Shown piece after piece: positions 25,482-37,746 of a stretch of DNA of 64,000 bases. The notes below the pieces were generated by a model. The model was not told the origin of the DNA. It did not search any database and was given only the letters and a program-made list of their open reading frames with translations. The stretch is from Eremomyces bilateralis CBS 781.70 (lineage: Eukaryota), in NCBI GenBank assembly GCA_010015585.1, contig ML975151.1. One strand, written 5' to 3'. Numbering within the stretch: position 1 is the stretch's first letter; each line of letters starts with the position of its first letter. The position numbers and the translations under genes were made by a program.

Positions 25482-26310
25482 GCACATCTGTCGTCTCGGT
25501 GCCACCATGACCCAGATCGTCCCGTGCCTGGATCGGATTTGACCCGGGCGTGTGGCTCGGTTATACATAGATAGATCTCGCCAGCCTAATCTGTGTGACA
25601 TGCTGCAGATTTCCAACCCGTTTTCAACACGCAGTGTCATCCCCTCACTGCTTCAGCCTCTGCGGGTTCTTTCCTGTGGTCACTCGCTTGCAAGCATTCT
25701 AGCCATTGTTGAACTTCAACATCGCGGCTAGTCGCAACCAACCTTGATGAAACTGACCCAGTTGCCTCGACGTGCATCGGTCCGTTGCTTTTTCCCATTC
25801 CGTCCCGTCCTGTCTGCCGATGCTGCCGCGCAGCCTTAGCGAAGGGAGCACGAGTGAAGTCAAATGTGACTTCTCCCATTGTTGCACTTCTGCCTCAGTG
25901 TGCATCACTAGATATGGAATCATTTCGGGGAAGGAATCCCGCAGAAATGAGAGAGGATCGCGTCCACCGAAATCCAGGACGCCTTGGATGGTCATTTCTT
26001 TCTGCCAGAGCGTTTCTTCAGTCGGTTTTAAGGACTGATGTTCCCCCATATTCGTTAGGGCTTCATCATCTTCTTCTGGTTATGCAGTCTTCAATTCGTC
26101 ACAGTTTCCCTTCCATTTTTGGATACTAATCCATGACTCGGTGTTCAGTGTGAATTGCTTACCTGCATACAATAGGTCACGACCAGACTGATACCTGAGT
26201 CCTGCCTAAACCCCTCCTTGATTGTGTTATCCTAGTGGAGAGATTGTCTGATGGATGTTACGCTCCCGATTCTTATTCGTTTCTAAGGACTAACCGGTAA
26301 ATCGAGCGAG

Positions 26311-27632
26311 ATGCAGGAAGGAGGTATGTTGCTTCCGGCAGGATTTCCTGAAAGCCTTCCTAAGCCCATGGCCTGGCTTCCCCATGAAATCGACGAGGCA
26401 ACCTATACGCATTCTTTGACCGGCACCGAGCTAGGGGAGATCAAGGATGCCCTCTTTTTGTTCAAGGGTATCCATCTCGCTCAAAATGTCCAACAACTCG
26501 CTAATATCTACAGCATTGGAGCTGGATGGGCACCAGGTCAGCCCGCAAAATTTCCGCCTGCCAACATTGGGACCGATTCTCCTTTCTCTAGCGCGCAAAC
26601 TGCATGAAGGTTGCGGATTTTTTTTGCTCAGAGGCCTGGATCCATGCGAATTCAGTACCGCGGATAATGTCTTGATCTTCTTGGGTATTGCCAGCCACAT
26701 TGGCAATCTCAGAGGACGGCAAAACAAGAACAGACATATGCTCAGTGAGGCAAACCCGGTTGTGGTCCAAGTAGAAAAACCACTAATGCTGCCTAGCCCA
26801 TGTCACCGACGTCATTTCCCCAGTCCCTCGGTCTAAGCGGCATGGGATCAATTCAACTGTGGAGATTGTATGTCCCTGAGTACACCTCCAAAATAGTGGT
26901 CAACCTTGCTAACGCACGGTGTAGGAGTCGCACACGGAGGTCATCAGTGACATTCTGGCACTCCAGACCATCCGAAAGGCGGCGACTGGTGGTACAACGA
27001 CCATTTCCCCGCTTTGGTCGATATACAATGATCTGGCGAAACGAAGACCGGATGTAATTCGCCTCCTCAGTGAGCCATTGTGGCCTTTGCAAAAGTATGG
27101 CTGAACGTCACGCATTTTTTATATCTGCAGCTGACCGCAATGCAGTCCATATACGCCACCCAACATATGTCGACCGCTTCTCTTCCACACGAACGGCAAG
27201 GTGATTCTAAGTTTCGATCCGGGTTCACTCCGAAGACTCGAAACCGAGACTGTTCCCGGTGTCCCTCCACTCTGCGACTCCCAACTCGAGGCAATCGAGG
27301 TGCTTCTTTCGACGGCCGCCCAATATCGATATCCGGTCACAGCCCAACCAGGCGATATGCTTTTCATCAACAATTTCAGCCATATGCATTCGCGCTCAGC
27401 ATATGTAGACGAGGGATGTCAACGACGGCATCTTATCAGATTGTGGCTGCACAACCAGGAGCTGGGATGGCAACTTCCGGGGCATTTACGACCATCGTGG
27501 GAAAAGGTGTTCGCAAATGACGACAACATGCCTGAAAAGTATCCGGTGGAGCCTGTTCCTATTTACAAGGCTCCGAGGATTACGATGGGAAGCGGGAGCA
27601 CCCATCTAATTGAAGACGACTCAGATGATTGA
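26311..27632 (+). CDS. Fe(II)/2-oxoglutarate dioxygenase, TauD/TfdA / clavaminate-synthase-like (5 exons)
   Basis: LPAGFPESLPKPMAW, NFRLPTLG, LHEGCGFFLLRGLDP, ESHTEVISDILAL, GDMLFINNFSHMHSR, RHLIRLWL; four short GT-AG introns give a continuous frame. Confidence 0.88.
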
Positions 27633-27781
27633 TTTGTACAACACAGTGTGTCGGTGTTATAGCGGATCGGGTCAGACCCTCAAATACCCCTGATGAAAAA
27701 GGACTGGTATGGGACATAAAAAGCAAGCCATTCATTTTTTGTTCTTTGTTTTGTGGTATTGCATTGTGGAATAGCAAAAGT

Positions 27782-29617
27782 TCAAGCATCATATAGAGCC
27801 TGTGATATCTTCAATTCTTCCAGCACTTCGGCCAAGTTTGGTCGGTCGAATATTTTCTCCCCACTGTGATGTTTTCGTTGATGCTCTCGATCCTTCAGAA
27901 ATTTCTCCATGGCTTGCAGCTCGGCTTTCCACCACCCCGTGCTCTTGTGAAGTGTTTCCTGATCGGTGGCAGCGCTCCGGTCTCGAGGCAGGACCGTTTG
28001 GCCCAGTCGATAGACTGCTGGTAGTCGGCCATCGTGTTCAGGCGCGCCAGCTGTGCACCTCAGAATGAGATCCCGCACTGACGCAGGGCAGCTGACGAAT
28101 GTTGGAAACTCAATACTCGAGTCGTCGAGTCCGGCTTTCCATAGCGCGTCTATGCGATTGGGTCGGCCGACGTGTTCGAAAAGACACCATAGCAATCTGC
28201 CGAGCATATACACCGTGGCGGACTCTTGCTGGACTTCAGACAGCGCATTCCAAACGGTATTCGCATTCTGGATTCCTTGGAGGGCATAGGCCTCGTAGTG
28301 CATGTCTTCGGCATCAGATGTGATGTCACACTTGAAGATATCTAGCAGTTCCCGGCACTGCGCACGGTACTCGAGAGGGACGTCTTCCGTGTCGGAGTTG
28401 ACGAGATGCTGCAAGTAGTCGAGATAGAAGACTTCAGGGGGTGACCAGAACCGCCAATTTCCACGTTGTTCCAGATCAATTAAGATTGTGGAGGGGGAGG
28501 TGGACGTGGTGGACGTAAGATTCGGGCCATCGATTACGATATTGTCTGTTCTCAGATCACAATAGTAACTGCGGTTTTTTTTGACATGTAACATTGCCGA
28601 GCAAATCTCAATCGCCCATTGGCATGACAGGCGCAATGATTGGGTCGATGAGTGACGCAGCTTGGGGAGCATGTCTCTCAAGGAACCGAGCGGAAAATAT
28701 CTGATAATGAACCCACAGACCCCGATTTTACTTCCGAAGCCGCAGCGTTTGGTCACTAGAAAAAGTGGGCGAGAGACGATGTTTGAGTGACTTGGAAGTG
28801 ATAGAAGGATTTTGATCTCGTGATAGAGATAAAAGCAGCCTTCAACAGATGACTTGAAAATAACTTGGCCATATTCCGGCTTGTTTCGTATGCGAACGAC
28901 CGATACGGTATCATGGATCTGTTGTTGCAGGTCCAATTCATGAAGATCGAGCACTGATGGCCACTGGTCCAAAGGTACCTCCGTCCAAATGTTCCTTAAC
29001 ACTTCCAAAGGGAGCATTTGCTGTTCCAGTTCGTGATTTCTATGGAATTGCACTGGGATCAGCCCTGCATCATCATCAAGGTAGGGAATGATGATACTCG
29101 ATCCGAAGGGGCTATTCACGATGTCAGTGGCAGAGATGTTCTGAGAGCGAGTCCAATCATCAAGGATATCCAATACGCGAGTGACGATCGGCAAGCATCG
29201 TATATCATCTGCTCTGTTGCAGCACAACGCCGAGGGTTGATATTTCTTCTGAACCTTCCTGGAGTGTTCGCGCTGGTCAGGTATCAGGCAATCGATCCGT
29301 AAGGGTACGGTGGACTCCAAGAAGAGTGGCACTGCGAAGAGCCTTGTCCCTGCTGCTGCGCTGCCGTGGATGCGCCACATTCGCCGCTTCGCTGCATTAG
29401 GGCTTCGAGACCCTGGATTTTGGTTCGGTTTTGATATGGTCGGTGATTCTGTAGCTTCCATTTCGCCGATACGCTCTTCTTTGAGGTTCTGGCCCTCATC
29501 GTGGTGGCCATCATCTGCGTCGTTCCTCGGGACTAGGTCGTTCAAGAAGTCGGTCGGGTCTAAGAACGCAGCAACCGGTGTGCAGAGGATTTCATATAAG
29601 CTTGCAGAAATTTCCAT
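27782..29617 (-). CDS. Fungal protein-kinase-like protein (intronless, 611 aa)
   Basis: VIFKS (beta3 Lys), YHEIKIL (alphaC Glu), HSNIV, YFPLGSLRD, YCDLRTDN catalytic loop, IDLEQRG, WSPPE, VYMLGRLLWCLFE, DLILRCT, RPNL. Confidence 0.85.
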   Translation of the reverse strand: MEISASLYEILCTPVAAFLDPTDFLNDLVPRNDADDGHHDEGQNLKEERIGEMEATESPTISKPNQNPGSRSPNAAKRRMWRIHGSAAAGTRLFAVPLFLESTVPLRIDCLIPDQREHSRKVQKKYQPSALCCNRADDIRCLPIVTRVLDILDDWTRSQNISATDIVNSPFGSSIIIPYLDDDAGLIPVQFHRNHELEQQMLPLEVLRNIWTEVPLDQWPSVLDLHELDLQQQIHDTVSVVRIRNKPEYGQVIFKSSVEGCFYLYHEIKILLSLPSHSNIVSRPLFLVTKRCGFGSKIGVCGFIIRYFPLGSLRDMLPKLRHSSTQSLRLSCQWAIEICSAMLHVKKNRSYYCDLRTDNIVIDGPNLTSTTSTSPSTILIDLEQRGNWRFWSPPEVFYLDYLQHLVNSDTEDVPLEYRAQCRELLDIFKCDITSDAEDMHYEAYALQGIQNANTVWNALSEVQQESATVYMLGRLLWCLFEHVGRPNRIDALWKAGLDDSSIEFPTFVSCPASVRDLILRCTAGAPEHDGRLPAVYRLGQTVLPRDRSAATDQETLHKSTGWWKAELQAMEKFLKDREHQRKHHSGEKIFDRPNLAEVLEELKISQALYDA

Positions 29618-31057
29618 CAGGCCTGATGGTGGCCATCCAGCCCAGCAACGTAGAACAGGAGACTTGGAGAGGTCTAGCCAACCGGAATAGCTAAAACTTG
29701 AGGTCAGATCATGCCTAGTTCGTTGATCAGAAAATTCTGCTCTGCTTACTTATATCAAAGATCTTAAATGCCGATATTACAAGGGATCGATGGCATGACA
29801 TGTCATGTTCAATTCTTGAGTGCAGCCAGATGTCTCCTCGACCGATAAAGGCGGGGATCCTCCAGCGTGCATCAGAGCATGCATGTGCCTCGAGGATTGA
29901 TGCGCTGTTCTTATGTAGTCGACGGATTAGAATAGATGTTGAACAACTAAATAGGTAAGTACTAAGTAAAGAAAGAAGAGTTTCAAAAACCGTCACACGG
30001 TGCACTGTCTCGGGATGGATAAGGTTCGTGATACTGTCATCAGTCTTCGTACTCTATCACGACCTACTCAGTATCTACTACGGAATGCTATTAGTACTTA
30101 TCTGCACTTACGCACTTCCTTATAGAAGGAGGACAAATTTGAGTGCTGACAGTGAAGCTGACGGTGTCGTTGATAGAGGTTATCGTCGACCTTCGCAAAT
30201 CGCAGTCGACCTCGGATTAGCCCCCAAGATCATCGCCAGCTTCCTAGTCATGAAGACGATGCCCAGACTTCGTATCTCCAGGGCCCCATCACCAACAAAC
30301 TCCATTGTCCCCTCATTGGCCCATCGCACTCGTTTTTGCAGGGACAAGCACGGCATCCACCCGTATTAGCGCCGGCCGGCAATGGAAGCTCGGAGCACAT
30401 GAAAAGCAAGCTTGTCAGCTTGTGAGATAACCTCTCGGTCTCCCATTCTGCCGCGTAACTCTCTCGGTGGCCGACATGGTAACTCCAAATCCCCATCCAT
30501 TCGACCAGTGGAGGTGCGGGTTCCATCGGTAGTGCGGCTTTCACCAGCCTGAGAATGGTTCCAAACCAAACCCTACACGGAAGGCTATTTCCAATAGCGG
30601 GGAATGCTGGTCGATACTCGATAGCCAGCAGAAGTAGACACGCTGACACGATGCGAGGTTGAGATCTAAAAAGGCTGTCTGCCGCGAGGAGGGGCAGGAT
30701 GAGTATTGAACGGGAATTCCGTTATTACTTACGAGTTACGACAGACCAATGGATCCTTTCCCGGGTGGTGACAAACTGATGACGCACCCATCACGCTCCG
30801 GCTGGTAGCATTGCATGATAGGCCCAGCTGAGGTGATAGGTACCAGTATACATGTATCAGGCTCTACTCATTGCCCGCTGTTCGGGAGTACCGTGACTCC
30901 GTGAGCGAAAAATTGAATCTCTGGTAGCACATATCGTCATATCAGTCGATCTCAGGTATGGGGAGATGTGGATAGAGATATTGAATTTAGGAGTTTCCGC
31001 TAATGCCTCAATGGTATAGATTCCTGCATCAATATCGGTATAGAGATTGAACCCACG

Positions 31058-31701
31058 ATGTCGTCCGGCTACTCCAACACTCCAACGCCCTCATCACCAT
31101 CGCCCAGCAAATTCCGACGCCTCTTCCAACAATTCCGACACTCCTTCTCAAGCTCAAGGAGCTCCATCAATTCCGGCGACTCCCGGAGATCAAGCAACAT
31201 CGTGGATTCAGAGCCGCCCTCTCCGACCACCTCCGCCTCCTTCTCCTCCTCCTCCTCCTCCTCCTCCNNNNNNNNNNCTCCTCCTCCTCCTCCTCCTCTA
31301 CTTCTACGACATCCGGTTATTCCGTACAGGAGTCCTCATACCTCGAACAAAATCCTTCCTTCGCCACGACCGACTTCACGATGTCAGCCGGCCTCCCCTC
31401 GCGGCACAGCAGCTTGAGAAGTACACGGCACCGTGAGCCATCACCCTGCCGCTCCGCAATGAGTGTACCGTATGCCGAAACACCGCAATCAATGCTAGGC
31501 GATGCAACATCATCTCCACTAGTCCTTACGATGACTTCTAAATATCCTACGGTGTTGGAGTATGACGCAATGAAGTCGAGGGATCTTAGCCTTCCGCCCC
31601 ATCTGCAATCTACGGGGCGGCACAAACGGCAACGCAGCGTTATCAACCAGCGGTATCTCCCGAAGATACGAGAGGAAAAGAGGATGAGCTTCATCCTATG
31701 A
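31058..31701 (+). CDS. Ser-rich hypothetical protein spanning an assembly gap
   Basis: Frame before the gap reads poly-Ser. After the N run, poly-Ser continues (SSSSSTSTTSGYSVQE...) into ORF 31381-31701 without a stop. Confidence 0.55.
31240..31298. repeat. (TCC)n microsatellite containing a 10-N assembly gap (31268-31277)
   Basis: ctcctcctcc...nnnnnnnnnn...ctcctcctc seen directly. Confidence 0.95.
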
Positions 31702-31986
31702 TGGTGGGAAGACCCTTATGGCAGGAAATGATAGATATGATGACATGATCAAACGTTCGTTTATGGGATACGCTCCTTTTTGCAATGAATGGAGTAAAGA
31801 AGATATACCCTTTGGTAATGAATAGTGGACAAGCCACAATAGAAGGAATGGTATCTACATTGTTCCCTGGCCCGCTTGTGAAGAAACTATGAGCATCGTC
31901 TATGCCTCTAGCAGAGACGCCTCCCAAACGCAAACCAATAAAGAGAGCTGGTGGAGCATCAGCCACAGCTCTGCTGCGCTGCATGC

Positions 31987-34379
31987 TCAAGCCATTTCTT
32001 TCAAAATCTCCATGACCACGCCGGAAACCCTACCATCACGGATCGCCTGGTTGATGACACCAACTTGCCCTCCAATCGTTAGCTTCGCAGATGCACCAGC
32101 TGCGATGTCGTTCAAAGGGTCGTCTTTGCGTCCAAGGTGAAATTTTATTCCAAGACTCCCTCTCACAAAGTGATAGATTACCCGGCCGTTGTGACTAAGA
32201 TACTGAGGGGTGATCTTCTCGTGATCGTCCTCCATCTCGCCCATAGTGGCCGAATGTGTTTCGTGCAGCAAGCTTTTGAGCTCTGTTCTGAAGGTAGCAA
32301 GCCCAGCGATTGTCGGTTGAGGATTCGTTTGATCCGATAAGACAGTGGAGAGGAGAGTCCCAGTCATGATTTCGGCAACGGAACTGCATCGAGGCTCGAG
32401 GTCGAGCTTTGTAGTTTCGTTCCAAGAACCCGCGAGGCTGAACCAGAGAGAAGAGTAAACCGAGTCCGAAAACACAGCAGGGTCAGCAGCAGAATCCAAA
32501 CTCTTACTCAGATCATCTGAAAGAGCCCGCCTGAAAAGGGTATGTGCCTTGTCATGAAGGGCATCCATGAATCGAACCTGGCACACGCGCAGGTCAACCC
32601 CCTGAAGGCCTGCCCACAGTGAGCTAGCCGCAAGTCCACTAAGGATCTCAACAGCTTTCTCTGCATAGCGCCCTGCGACAAGAGCCAGGCTGTTTACCGC
32701 TTGATTGTGCATCTCCGCGCTCTGAGCGTGGGTCACTACTGGATTGGCGAGGAATGCCAGTTCCGAGTAGTACGCAGCAGCAGCTATATCGATGCCCTTT
32801 GCCACAAATGACGTAGAAGGGTCATCGGGTGCAAGGTTTGGGGGAAGTCCACGGTTCATGGCTGGGTTGATGAGCTCTGTGGTCTGCGCGAAAAGAAGCT
32901 TGCCAAGGGTTGCGAGACAGAGGCGAGCCTTTTCCATTGCCATGGTGACGTGCAGCCCTTGGAAGTTGCCTCCATGATGAACAACACCATCAGTCGCATC
33001 AAGGAGTGGATTGTCAGTTGTTGCGTTTAACTCGACGCGAACTTGGTTTGTCGCAAGAGCGAGATCCTCCAGCAGAGGTCCAATCCACTGTGAAGCAGTT
33101 CGGAGAGCGTAGCGATCTTGAGCAAGGCCAGATACAATCATACTCTTGGACGTTAGTACGCCCATGGCAAGCCTGGAACCCTCCAAGAAGGAGAGAATGT
33201 TGGATGCAGCCTCGACTTGGCCAGGATGCGGACGCACCGAAGCAATGAAAGGATGAAAAGACTCAGCAGTACCCTGGAGCGCTTCCACATTCAATGCCGT
33301 AATGACCTGGCTGAGCACCGCTAGATTGTTGGTCTCAAAAAGCACCAGCGATGCCACGGAAGCTGAAGTAGCGGTCCCATTCAGCAGACCAAGTCCCTCC
33401 TTCGGGCCGAGCGTGACTGGAGATATTCCCGCAACTTCGAGTCCAACTGGAGAGGGAACGACACGATAGCCGTGCTTCTGACTGAGACGGACATACGTGG
33501 AAGGATTTCCCTTAATGACGCTTGCCACATATGAGAGGGGGATCAAGTCACCGGAAGCCGAGATGGATCCCCTAAGAGGAATGACTGGCGTGACGCCACA
33601 CTCAAGAAGCTTGATGAGGATTCGAATTATCTGAAGGGACACGGCGGAATGGCCCCGAACTAGAGAATTGACACGAATGAGGATCGTTCCGCGAGACCAG
33701 GACGTTGGCATCGAGAGCGAGTCAGTGTCTGCAGCAGGGAGGGCGGAACCTGATATGTCAGATGATGCAAGGATTCCAGAGTTCTGATGCTGGATCAGAG
33801 CCTTCTGTAGATTTTCCAGGGAGGTGGTGCGTACATCCGCACTGCCACCGAACCCGGTGTTGACGCCTGTGGAGGTTAGTCACGTCTTCGCCCCCAAAAA
33901 ACTGTGTCCGAGAGGAAGAGATCGAGCATCTCACCATATACAAGGTCTCCCTTTTTCAAATGCTCTCTAAGAATATCAACACTCGCATTGATCCTATCGA
34001 TAGTCCCAGTCTCCTCGTCCAGCGCTGGAGTAACACCGTATCTAAGAAAGCTATTAGGACTGCGCGGTGCCAGTTGAAAAGTCACGCACTTTGTCACTGC
34101 GATAACTCCCGCAATGTCCAAGCTCTTGCCATCCAGAAGCACAGCATCATTGCCATGTAGCAAGGCCTGCAGTCTCTCCCATTCGCGTAGTGCGTCACGG
34201 GAGTGATTGGCCATTCGACGGGAGAAGGGAGACGTGTCCCGAGTTTGAGGGGGCGTCAGGTCGTCGAAAGGGTTCTTGACAGAGTCTCGATTGGTACCAG
34301 GAGGTACAGGTACAGGTATTCCCGGAGTGATTGCCGGAAGTCCAGCTTGCAAGGAAGGATCGACTGTAGTGGTGTTCAT
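31987..34379 (-). CDS. PAL: Phenylalanine (/tyrosine) ammonia-lyase, MIO family (3 exons)
   Basis: Y|GVNTGFGGSAD lid loop; IRVNSLVRGHS; MIO-forming SISASGDL; PKEGLGLLNGT; QDRYALRT; DNPL; HGGNFQ; SAEMHNQAVNSLAL. Confidence 0.95.
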
Positions 34380-37300
34380 TTTGCCTAGCTAGGAAAGCGA
34401 TGACGATGACTGGAACGGTTTCCTCGCGTGCTAATCCTAGGAATTTTGGCTGGCGATATTGGGGATCGAAGAGAGTCGTTCGTTTAATTGCAAGATTGCA
34501 TTCCTTCACTGTTTCATTATCATCCTCCTTAATCACGGGTTGTGGCCAATTGCGGCGAGATAAGGGGAACCGAATTCTGCCCCAAACTGAAGATGCTAAA
34601 AGGGTACGCTCAGCTTTGAAAAATGGAAGTTGCGTTAGGTTCGAGATTCGACTACCACCTTGGAGCACGATATCGTCTGATAATGTGGGAGGAAGAGATC
34701 TGGTTGAGGTAACACAGGAGAGCAGATGTGATCCCTTTTTTGGAGTTGATCAGAACTTCTTTCTTTAATAAACCTACGAGGAATAAAAGGAACAAATATG
34801 CAGCGACTTAACAAGTCCAATGGCAATGCGAAGATATGACTGGTGAATCGAGAAGGGGGACTGGGAGTAGGGCTCTTATATGGCCCATAGCAGTGGTTGA
34901 TGGCGCGAGCACCCTCCAGGGAAGGTTATGAAAGACTACACCTTACGAAAAGGTCTGTCCATTGAATGACCCAGAGGAGCGGTTATCGACCTAATGGAGC
35001 ATACAGCATCCGTAGTAGGCCCGCAACGATCGCACCATCTCCAGCAGTTCAGCTCGCTTTGCGATTACGTAGTAAGGACAGCCAAGCTAGCGTAGAAAAG
35101 GGGCGTTACGTCCTAAACCTGTTACAGATATGAAGATGCAGTTCAATGCAGCAATGGGATCACAAAGTGGAATAGGGAACGCCAATGGCTGCGGGAGGCG
35201 AAATGCCTCGTACGTAAACAGTTGAGGCGAAGAGCGATAGCGCTGGGATTCTCTCATGACATCCCAGAATTGAGAAGAAAAAAAATGTTCCTTAACCCTT
35301 GTGGAACGGACAAAATGGAGTCTAAACACCGAAAGAATGTGCAGGCAATCTGCGGATATGCAGGAGGGCGCACCTTTGGGGTTTTGAGGCCTAATCCGAA
35401 CATTTCGCCGGCTTCCATGCAACTAGAAACGGCCTATATGAAGAGATATTGGACGGGCTTACACGTGCTCCTACGTCTCGACTGAATTCGGTGCCGATAT
35501 CGTTCCTGGACAGCTCCGCGATACGTTTAGATGTCATTGCTGGGAGAGACGTGGTGGTGTCTCTGCAGCCAGGAGCGAACTATTGTTTGTTGTTGATGTG
35601 GAATGACCATCACAGACCGATCTGCATCTAGATTATAAATGAACCTTGCTTGGAACAGACGCGATCAACATGGGTGGAGTCCCAAAAAGGTTGGCTCCTG
35701 GCCCCTGGGGATCAACCGATCGAGAAGGCTCAGGGCAAACTGTAATTACCACGAGGAGAAACAGACCATGTCGATAAACGCGATGGTGCGAGGAGAAGAA
35801 TCTCCTCCGCCGCTCACTCCAAAATAGGACGTCCATTAGACTAGAGAAATCACAACAACTTTACTTGTATCGGCCGCCTTCCTAGACCAGAGAACTGGTC
35901 AATGAGTGGGAGAGGACCTATGTTCGACGAGGGAAGCCCTGGTCATGTTTCTTCGGTCGTTGGCACGATGGGAAATACTTACCCATGCATGTCTGGGATA
36001 GCACCGCTCCTCCCGCATGAACCTGAGGTTAGACTGTGGACGTCTTGCATGTTTTGGGAAGATTTTAGCGCCAGTAGATCACCATTCCGGACTCCATTCG
36101 CCACAGACCATCGCCGTCGTATGCATGTGGATTACCTTTTCTCTCATACTGCATCAATTCCCCTCACCGCCAGCCCAGGTGCGTCTCATCCTCTTCTCTG
36201 GGATCATCGACTGGCCAATATATCTGCAGGACGTTAGACGATATTGCGCTAGACGTCGTCGCGGTTGGGAAGTATATCTCGCCCAGCTGCTAGATTCTGC
36301 AGCCTCAGCGGTCCGGTTGGCCGCAATCGACTAATAGGTAGAGGAGATCGGCCACGCGAGGACCTGGCAATTCCTGTCGCCGGGAATCGACCAGTTCGTG
36401 AAGCACCGATTAGCTTGCATACCACCGCTTCTTGCCCTCCGCACCTCCCCATGTTTTCATGTTGTGAAACCCATCTACCCAGGCACCGGACCATGTGAGC
36501 GGAGTATCGCAGTTTTGAACAAGAAGGCGCTTTCGAAAGAGGTCATTTCCTTCAGTGTTGTGAGACCGTGTCCCTCCAAGTCAAGGTGGCTGTCTTCACG
36601 GAAATGTTGGCATATATGTCGGTTCGGCTGATTGGATATGATATCCCAAGACCGCGGTACCAGAACTGGCATGCATGCTGGGTTTCTGCCAGGGCCATGT
36701 TTGACAGACTGCTATCCCGACCTCAAGCCCGGCTTATGGGATATCCAGTCAAGGTCTCCCGATTTATGGACAGGCCTTGTAGACGACATCAACTGCCTCG
36801 CGCTGGAGTACATGGGCAGACATAGGCAATCGAATATGCTTTTGTCATATACTATAAGGAGCGTTCAGTCTATGCAAACCAGCATGCGACCAGAAAGACC
36901 TGAATAATTACGCTACAGCAAAAATGAATTTGGACACACAGAACTCCATAACTAATTAACTAACTGACCTAACTAACTTAACTAGAATGGAACAAACATC
37001 AAAAGGATATGCTGCCTTAATTATGGCCCCAAGTTGAAGGGCTGAGCTGAATTGAAGCCTCAAGCGTGAAGCACGAAGTATTCCGTCAGGCAAACATGGA
37101 CCCTAATTAGGCGTTAGTGCAATTGGAGCTAACTGTAAAATATCATCCAAAATGGAGGTTAAATATCTTAATAATGATACTAGCGACTTTTCGGATGCGC
37201 CCATGGCTGCTTTCAGTTCCTTGATCTTTGTTTGGCGTTTGCGGGCCTCACGCGTTTCCAGTGAACGATGATCGTGGTTGTATTGTCGATACCAGGTATT

Positions 37301-37746
37301 ATCTTTATCCCTCACAATAGCTATTGATAACTCGACTTCGACACAACAATAGGAGAGCTCGTATCGATAGAGCGATCCAGATATTCAATAAGTTCCACCT
37401 TGAAGGGTGAATAAGTGAAGAACTCCACTCTCTCTTCAAACTTCCCCATCACCACTCCTTCGTTCTCACACATACCACCTTTCCATTTCCTCCCTCACCG
37501 CAACGGTTCTACAGATAATTCTTCATCTGGCAAACAATCCGAAATCACGAATCCCCATTAAAACTTCCGCGCCGCGCATAGCTTGTCGTCGAACAATCAA
37601 CTCGTGAAGAGGCAAGCCTTCCACGAATCAGTTCGAACAGATTGCCTCATAAGCATTTCGAACCCACCCCGAGACGCAAGTGAACATTGCGCGACTTACC
37701 CTTCCGTCTCATCCACTACTTCGCGCTCACAATCCCAACAATCAAC

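Noticed and set aside
25637..26130. 116-aa minus-strand ORF upstream of the dioxygenase
   Set aside because: No recognisable domain or splice support; at most a relic.
27125..27134. Apparent in-frame TGA in the dioxygenase if the first CAG (27130) is the acceptor
   Set aside because: A downstream CAG with a GCTGAC branch point restores the frame, so the gene is not a pseudogene.
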